64,000 nt of DNA. Source: Octopus vulgaris. Taxonomy: Eukaryota. Position 1 is the first letter of the stretch, and each line of letters opens with the position of its first letter. A program made the translations under genes and the position numbers. The notes under the pieces are model-generated. The model did no database searches, was not told where the DNA came from, and was given only the letters and a program-made list of their open reading frames with translations. Below, piece by piece: positions 55,528 to 64,000 of the stretch. The DNA lies in contig OX597815.1 of assembly GCA_951406725.2 (NCBI GenBank), positions 31,186,001 through 31,250,000 on the forward strand, read 5' to 3'.

Positions 55528-56810
55528 AAGGCAACGAGCTGGCAGAATGATTAGCACGCCGGGCTATATGCTTTGCGGCATTTCGTCCGTTTTTACATTC
55601 TGAGTTCAAATTCCACCGACGTTGACTTAGCCTTTTATCCTTTCAGGGTCGATAAAAAAAACTACGAGTTTAGTACTGGGGTCGATATAAACGTCTTAAC
55701 CCCCTTCTCCATAAACTGCTAGTCTTGTGCAAAAATTTGAAACCATTATTGTTATCGTTCACACACTGGACGAAATGCTTAGCGGCACTTCGTCCCACTT
55801 TACATTCTAAGTTCAAATTCTGTCGAGGGGCGATTTTGCTTTTCTACTTTCAGGGCCGATGAAATAAGTACCAGTTGAGGACGGGGGTTGATGTAAACGA
55901 CTTACCCCTGGCCCGAAATAACTGGCCTTGTGCCAAAACTGTAAACCATTATCGAAAAGGCGACAAGCTGGCTGAATCGTTAATTAGCGCATTGTACAAA
56001 ATACTTAGCGGTATTTCTTCCGGTTCTTTACGTTCTTAGTTCAAATCTCACCGAAGACAACTTTTCTTTACATCCTTTACGAGTCAATAAAATAAAGTAC
56101 CCATCAAGTACTGGATCGATGTAATCGATTCGCTCGTTTCGCCTAAAATTGCTGACCTTATGTCAAAATTTTAAACAATAATTATTCTTTTCTACTCTAG
56201 GCACAAGGCCTGAAATTTTGGAGGAGGGAGCCAGTCTATTAGATCGACCCCAGTACGCAATTGGCACTTAATTTATCGACTTTTCCTTTTGAGGCCGATA
56301 AAGTAAGTGCCAGCTGCGTACTGAGGTCGATCTAATCGACTGGCCCCCTCCTCCTAAATTTCGAGCCTTGTGCCTAGAGTAGAAAAGAATAATAAAAATG
56401 GTTTCAAATTTTAGCACAAGACTAGCAGTTTATGGAGAAGGGGGTTAAGATGTCTATATTGACCCCAGTACTTAACACGTAGTTTTTTTATCGACCCCGA
56501 AAGGATAAAAAGTTAAGTTAACGTCGACAGAATTTGAACTCAGAATGTAAAGACAGACGAAATACCGCTAAGCATTTCGCCCAGCGTGCTAACATTTCTG
56601 CCAGCTCGCCGCCTTTTAAACAATAATTATTATCAAGTCGACTACCGTTCCGAGCAAAATGCTTAGCGGTATTCCTTCCGGCTTTTTACGATCTGAGTTC
56701 TGATGCTGCCACGGTCGACTTTACCATTCAGTTTTGAGATCGATAAAATAGCACCATCTGAGCGTTGGGGGTCGATGTAATCAACCAAAATTCCTTGCCT
56801 CGTGCCAAAA
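55528..56810. mobile_element. Cluster of ~7 family A SINEs/fragments in mixed orientation
   Basis: Approximately 55528-55745 +, 55765-55950 +, 55958-56178 +, 56183-56280 -, 56281-56392 +, 56397-56613 - and 56655-56810 +. Confidence 0.85.
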
Positions 56811-57263
56811 TAATTTTATTAGTTTAATTTTTTTATTTTCATTGTCTGGTTCCTCCTTGTAGTAGCAATACTAATTCGCTTTACTCGAACACTATGTATT
56901 GTAGTAATAAACCATGGCAATAGACTGATTTGTATATTCAGCCATGCGTAGATTTATACAGATACTGAATATTTTGTTACAATTTTTAAAGAATGCGGTT
57001 CAAAAGGGAAGGCTACTGAAATGATTTAACTGAGTATTAAACTTGTGCTACTTAGCTTCTTCGCCTTCTTCTTTGACTTATAGGTTACGCTATGAAATTC
57101 TTACACACCAGTTGTACTGGCGGTGAGCGTCTGGAGTTCATGCACCAATGGACTTGTTTAAATTTGAATGTTAGTCTTAAAGTGCTGATAGCCAAGAATT
57201 TCTGTTGAGTGTTATTAAGTAACGAATACACTGGTATTTATATAAAATGGAATAACAACACAC

Positions 57264-57296
<33 letters not shown>

Positions 57297-57692
57297 CATT
57301 CGCACATATATATACATGCACACACGGACAAATATAACCACAGCTATATAGATAGGTAGGTAGTTAGGTAGGTAGGTAGGTAGATAGGTAGGTAGGGAGG
57401 TAGGTAGGTAGGTAGGTAGGTAGGTAGGTAGGTAGGTAGGTAGGTAGGTAGGTAGGTAGGTAGGTAAGCAAGCAGATATGTGTTCAAACATAGTTGTAAG
57501 CAAGTATGGGCGTATATGTGCGCCGGTTAGTAGTGCTTTAAGTTAAAAATCATGCGGAGGTTAACTTCGTTTTTCATTCTTCTGGAATCGACATAATTTA
57601 ACAAATACCGTTGACTATTTTCTTTCCCATTCTCTCTCTCTCCTTTTCATTATCTCTCTCCCTTTCTCATTCTCTTTCTCTCACTTTCTATC

Positions 57693-57723
<31 letters not shown>

Positions 57724-57726
57724 CTA

Positions 57727-57816
<90 letters not shown>

Positions 57817-58854
57817 CATACATACATACATACATACATACATACATACATGCATACATACATACATACATACATACATACATACATACATACATACATA
57901 CATACATACATACATACATACATACATACATACAAACCGCTTTATATCCAAGTATACATCTGTCTATCGATTGATCTTTCAGAATCGGCTACGCTGCTTT
58001 ATGAATGGGAGGTGGGGTAGCTTTCACAACATAACCTCATTGCAAGCAAGGATGAGGTTTGAGTAAAGGGCTTCCACATATATTATATTATACATATATA
58101 TTATACATACATAAATATATATATATACATATATATATAGAGAGAGAAAGAGGGTGAGAGGAGAAAGCGGGAGACATTGAGAAAAAGTGAATATGTGTGT
58201 AATATTTGTGAATATGTATTGGTGTATGTGCTTATATATGAATATATATATATATACACATATCTGTGTGTGTGTGTGTGTCTGTCTGTCTGTGTTTGTG
58301 TGTGTGTGTGTTTGTACATAATATCTGGTTACTTTCGAAGTCGGAGCATTCTTTGGTCGCTGCTGTTCGCCATGTTTTCCACATAAATTTATACGGTTGG
58401 AATACATCAGTGTCAGGTAAAGGTAGCATGTGATATCGATCTAGACATGCTTTCAATTGATTTCACAGACTGTCTTCAGATTCCTGCTTCAACTTCCTTT
58501 TTCTTTCTCTAAACCCCCATCCTCCTCAGTTTGTTCTTTATTTGATTTTGTTATTTTTTTTTTGTTTTTTTTTTTGGTTTTTCGTTATTTCTGTAATTTG
58601 TTTTATTATTTGTCTTTGAAATAAATTTCCGTGCAAAATAAGTGAACAAATAAATATTATTCTTCCATCTATCCACCCGTTATCCATCCAGCAACCCGAG
58701 ACTTTTGTCTTTTCATATTTCACTTCTCTCTCAGTCTGTTTCTGTTTCTGTCTCTTTTCTATTTTTCTTTTTGTTTTTTTTTCTTTTTGTTTTGTTTAGT
58801 TTTATTTTCCTTTATTGGTCGGTCGATGTTATCAATTTCTCATTACAAAATATC

Positions 58855-58989
58855 GTTATCATCATCATTATCATCATCATCATCATCATTATCGTCGTCA
58901 TCATCGTCAGCCTTAATACCACGACCACCACCATCACCACCGCCGCCGTCACCACCGACCTCACCACCACAACCACCACCACCACCACC

Positions 58990-59055
<66 letters not shown>

Positions 59056-59096
59056 GTTACTACAACTACTACTATTGCTACTACGACAACAACAAT

Positions 59097-59189
<93 letters not shown>

Positions 59190-59191
59190 TG

Positions 59192-59257
<66 letters not shown>

Positions 59258-60720
59258 CCGCTACCACCAATACCACATCAACTACTACCCTTGCTACCGC
59301 AACTGCTACTGCTACTCCCGCAATCATCACCAGATTCCCCATTCTGCTCTACTAGTACTACTATTATTATTAGTACTAATAATAATGATGCTAGCAGTAG
59401 ATCACCACCATTTATGTTGTCAGTACTACCACCTATTCTCCACCGTCAGGGAAAATGTCACCTCTGCGCCCCTACGCTACGATTACTACCACCATCATAC
59501 CACTACAACACCTATGACCAACACGCTATAGTTTCACCCCATCACTACTTCCACTACTAATACCACAACAACAACAACTATTATTACTACTACTACGACG
59601 ACCACCTAACTGCAATTACCACTGATACCACTACCTTAACCACCGTTATCTTTACACTTACTGTAATACCCACTCTACCGGAAACCCCACAAGACTAGTA
59701 CCAATATCACCACCACTACACTCATCGCTAAGCTGCTGGTACCATTGGTACCATCAGAGCACCTTCCTTACAACCACCACCATCACCACAACCACAACTT
59801 CTACCCCCACTACAACCAACATGCTTGCAGTATATTAACTAACCTCGTTTATTTCTCTGGCTTGGTTTGTGAAAGGAATTTTGCTCTTTTGGATCTCCGA
59901 AATTTAACACTTAACACTAACACACCACCAACAACAACTAGCCGTCACCAGAACACCACCACCACTACCACCACCATCGCCACTACCACCACCATCACCA
60001 CCACCGCCGCTATGCACTACCAACATCACAACTTCACCACTACGACTGCTTTACCATCAGCCGTTACCATCCATGTGTTCATCATTCTACCACCACCAGT
60101 ACTAGCACCAATACCCTCATAAGTATATCACTATTTCCATCACTATCACCAACACTATTACTACCACCTATGCTACTCTCGCAACAATCATCGGAACAAC
60201 TTCGCCCACAAGCATTATCATCACCAAACAGCCACCATTATAACACCACCGATATCCCCGGCACTATCCTACTATCACCATCACTACCACCACCACCACC
60301 ACCACCACCACCATCATTTTCACCACAACTGCTATCACCACTACCATCATCACTATTACCACCATCACCACTATCACAACCACCACCACCATCACCAACA
60401 CTACCACAACTACCACTACCATCATCGCTAGCAATGCCGCCACCATCACCGCCACCACCACCACCATCACCACCACCATCACCACCACCACCACCATCAC
60501 CACCACCACCACCACCACCACCACCACCACCACCACCACCATCACCACCACCACCACCACTACTACCACTACCGCCACCTCTGACTCTCTACTACCACCA
60601 ATCCTCCGACCGCCACAACTATCTCAACAACTACGCCACAACCTCCATTATCATCCCATTATACCACTAAAATTACCTCTAACGACGCTCCACTCACCCT
60701 CACCCTCACCCACTCCTTAC
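58855..60720. repeat. Long low-complexity (ACC/ACT/ATC/AAT)n region
   Basis: Directly visible; source of the poly-Pro/Thr ORFs. Confidence 0.92.
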
Positions 60721-61067
60721 TATCGTATTACCAGCATCAAACATCAGCATAATCACTGACATCATCACTACCAAACCACTGAACTTTCCATCGTTGGAGT
60801 CAATGTTATCGATGTTTCTAATTTCTTCGTTGGCAGCATTGCTTTACTTTCGTATTCGAACGTACCCAACGACCTTCATCCAGTATATTGAAATAAACTG
60901 TTATACTGCACACCTTGTTTGTCTGCTTGTTTATTCGTTCTTATGCTCAGGCAATCACTTCTACATCATAGTCGCTGGTATGACGGTATGATTAAGAATT
61001 CACTTCACAACCAAGTGATTAAGAATCCACTTCTTCCCTGTTCAATTTAGTGGTATGCAGAACTTTA

Positions 61068-61280
61068 AGGCAGCGAGCCGGTAAAATCGTGAGCACGCTG
61101 GGCAAATGCATTCCTTCCAGTTTTTGCGTTCTGAGTTCAAATTCCGACGGGGTCGACTTTGTTGAGGCTCATCCTTTCATGGTCAATAAAATAATTACGT
61201 GTCAAGTACTAGGGTCTGTATAATCGATTGCCATTTCCTCAAAAATTTCAGGCTTTGTGCCAATGGTATAAAGGATTATT
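61068..61280 (+). mobile_element. SINE family A
   Basis: GGCAGCGAGCCGGTAAAATCGTGAGCACGC...CTGAGTTCAAATTCCGACGGGGTCGAC. Confidence 0.8.
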
Positions 61281-61289
61281 ATGCAGTAT

Positions 61290-62135
61290 CTTGGGCAAGT
61301 GTAGCCTTTTGTAACTGCAATTTGAAAGACGGAAATTGAGTGGAAGCATAGCAGCAGTCCAACTTGTGAATGATGGAATGCATACACTTCATGAAACTAT
61401 TTGAAAGAGGCCCTCTCGTTAGCTCTGTCCTCGTTTTAGAATGTTAGTAGTATAATCTATTGGTGTAAGCAGCGGGGATAGTGAGGACCTTTATGTGTTG
61501 ATATGCAGTACGAGTAGTTAGAAAATACTTCAGGGAGTGACGACCGTGCCCTGCATAGTTAGAGTGAAGTCATGGGACTGCAGCATGGTATATTGTGAAG
61601 AGGTAGTGGAAGAGCTCAACTAAGACAACGGTGCTTCTTACATTGATCTTGGGAGGAGGAATCCTAGAAGACCAACAATAAGGATCATCAACTTCTATCA
61701 AGGGAGTAGCTGCAATATATCCGTAGGGGTGGTATCCATGTTTAAGTAACCAGCTAATGGAAGATTCATTATGATTCAAACTCCTGATTCAAATTCATAA
61801 TAATGGAATTGGATGACCACAGAGAGCAATGGAAATTCGAAAAAGCAGCGGAAAAATAACTGCAGTACCGAAGGTTGGATTTCTTGCTTGTAGTATATTA
61901 ACTAACCTTGTTTATTTTCTCTGGTTTGTTTGTGAAAGGACTTGTGCTCTTTTAGATCTTCGAAATTTAACACTTAGCATTAGTGAAAATGGAGATAAGC
62001 ACCATCTCCGTCGATCATTGGTTTCTGAAATAGACTAGGAAATGTTTCGTACATCATTGTATTGATCAAATCTTCTATTGGTCTGATGATTGAGAGTTTG
62101 AAGCTGCTCATAAGTATAGAAACTTTTCTCTATGT
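61290..62135 (-). mobile_element. Possible decayed Penelope-like coding remnant
   Basis: Non-repetitive, more balanced composition. A ~95-bp piece is duplicated at 59822-59917. Only vague RT-thumb-like translation. Confidence 0.25.
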
Positions 62136-62767
62136 CGCTTATTTCACCTACATTTAAATCACTGCAATAGGAAATACAGTTTAATATTTTTACTGAAGTT
62201 ATTGTTGCATTTGTTGTTATTTTAGTCGTTGTAATTCTTGTTGCCGTGCAATCAAAGGCGATTCAACCATGTCCATTCCGTATTTTTATTTGAATTTTCC
62301 GGGCACAATATATAAAATTTCAATATTCAAAATGCTCTTACTTTTATAAGACTTTAGATTGTAGCTTGAGCAAGACTTGGCTGCTATATCTGGTAGTAGA
62401 GCGACCGCATTGTGGTTTCCTCGTTGGCTCAGCTTGTTTAATGTGTAAATTAATGTCGTCGAGGCATTTTTTCTCGGAATATCTTGTATAAGTATTGGTT
62501 TACGTATAACATAAGCAATCATTTGATTAACTTCTAATGCTAGACTGGTTCAAATATCCACTAAGAAGAAGCTGCCCTTAATTAACGCAGTAGCTAAGAT
62601 ACGAAATAACTATTAATTGCTGAACACTAAAAATTCAGCTAAGACATTTATTTACTGTAGAATCGTCACTTTCGAATGATGTCCATGGGCGGATTTACGA
62701 CGGAATGCTTGGTTCTATGTATCGAACTTACGTTCCAATAACGTTCAAACTTGCTTATTTTCATGAA

Positions 62768-62960
62768 AGTGGCGGGCTGATTGAATCATTAGCGTGCCGG
62801 ACAAATGCTCAGCAGTATTTCTTTCGGCTCTTTACGTTCTGATTACCAATTCCGACGAAATCGACTTTCATTTCATCTTTCGGAATCGATAAATTAATTA
62901 TCAGTCGAGCACTGGGGTGGACATAATCGACCAGCTCCCTCCATAATATCTTCAGTCTTT
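62768..62960 (+). mobile_element. SINE family A, diverged
   Basis: GTGGCGGGCTGATTGAATCATTAGCGTGCCGGACAAATGCTCAGC... Confidence 0.72.
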
Positions 62961-64000
62961 CCTTGTACCTACTGTTTTATCCGGTATCCTCATCCATTTT
63001 AAAGACGGTTCTGTCAAATTCGAAAGAGATTTGGCTACTAATAATTCCAACAAATGGAACTACAGATTATAGGCTCCTTTCTTAGTACATGGTGATAGAG
63101 CATAGTAATAGCATTGTGCCAATAATCCATATTCTGTAAACATGTATACGAAACAGAAACAAAAGCCTACAAACACAGGAAGTTGTGTTTATACAATGCG
63201 TTTGGCGGGTGGAATTGAAGAATAGAACTAAAGAATGAGTGATAATATTTTATTAATACTCAATCATCAAACATATCAAAGAGTTTTCTTATTTATTATT
63301 TTTTTTGCTTTTTTATTTTTTATTTTTTAATATTTATTTATTATTTTTTTACTTCTCTTTAACGGAAGCAGTTTTCGTTTCTAGCTGAAAATCTGCGGTA
63401 TGTGCATTAATAGACAAAAGAATATTACACGCTTGAAGATTTTGACAAGCAGGCATTTGTTTTCGTTCCTTTGTTCAATTTGTTTTGATTTCTCATTTTT
63501 ATTTACAACAACAGTAAAGAATTTTTGTCCTTAATTAAACTTAACGTCGCTCATTCATCCAGAATAGGTGTAAACACAGGAAAATACAACATACAAATTA
63601 ATGTTCTTATTTAATCTCAATTAAACTGATCATTAACGGAAAACAAATTTAGTTTATTTTGGGTAGGAATATTTAAAAATTTTTCTCTCTTTCTCTCCCT
63701 CCCTTCCTTCCTTCCTCCCCCTCTCTCTCTTCTTTACTGCCACAAGTCACAACAACGAATAGAAATGAGAGTAACGGGAAAGAGGGAAAAAAGAGAAAAC
63801 TGTAATATTGTCGTACATCATACCTACTACACAAAATGGCGTAACCTATAGTTTAATACCGATCGCAGCTACTATCATAAGGTGAAGTGATCTATTATTG
63901 CAAAATAAGACAATAAAAAAAGATCTGTATTCGCTTATGCTATTATGTAGCTGGAAAAAAAATAAATTTTTTATAAACAACTGATTAACAAAACAAGAAA

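Noticed and set aside
60170-60670. Proline-rich extensin/formin-like ORF
   Set aside because: It derives from degenerate (ACC)n/(ATC)n low-complexity DNA, with no flanking domain or exon evidence.

Overview
This is eukaryotic, AT-rich, very microsatellite-dense non-coding DNA (intergenic or intronic). The repeat landscape resembles a coleoid cephalopod (Octopus) genome; that taxonomic call is inference. I could not support any host protein-coding gene, rRNA, tRNA or CRISPR array, and nearly all ORF-track entries are translations of simple repeats. The window contains: R4/Dong-type restriction-like-endonuclease (RLE) non-LTR retrotransposons, including one near-intact 3' half at 1-1707; L1/Tx1-like and RTE fragments; mariner copies; a 400-bp non-autonomous Helitron; and at least four tRNA-derived SINE families. 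It also holds many Penelope-like or retrozyme-like fragments with minimal type I hammerhead ribozyme (HHR) motifs. The four most notable observations are: (1) a rearranged tandem plus inverted HHR-bearing element cluster at 51.7-53.2 kb; (2) a 414-bp TIR element with a 27-bp flanking direct repeat and internal telomere-like repeats; (3) recurrent non-canonical HHR cores and spacer-less fold-back palindromes; (4) apparent partitioning of different microsatellite motifs among different retroelement families.
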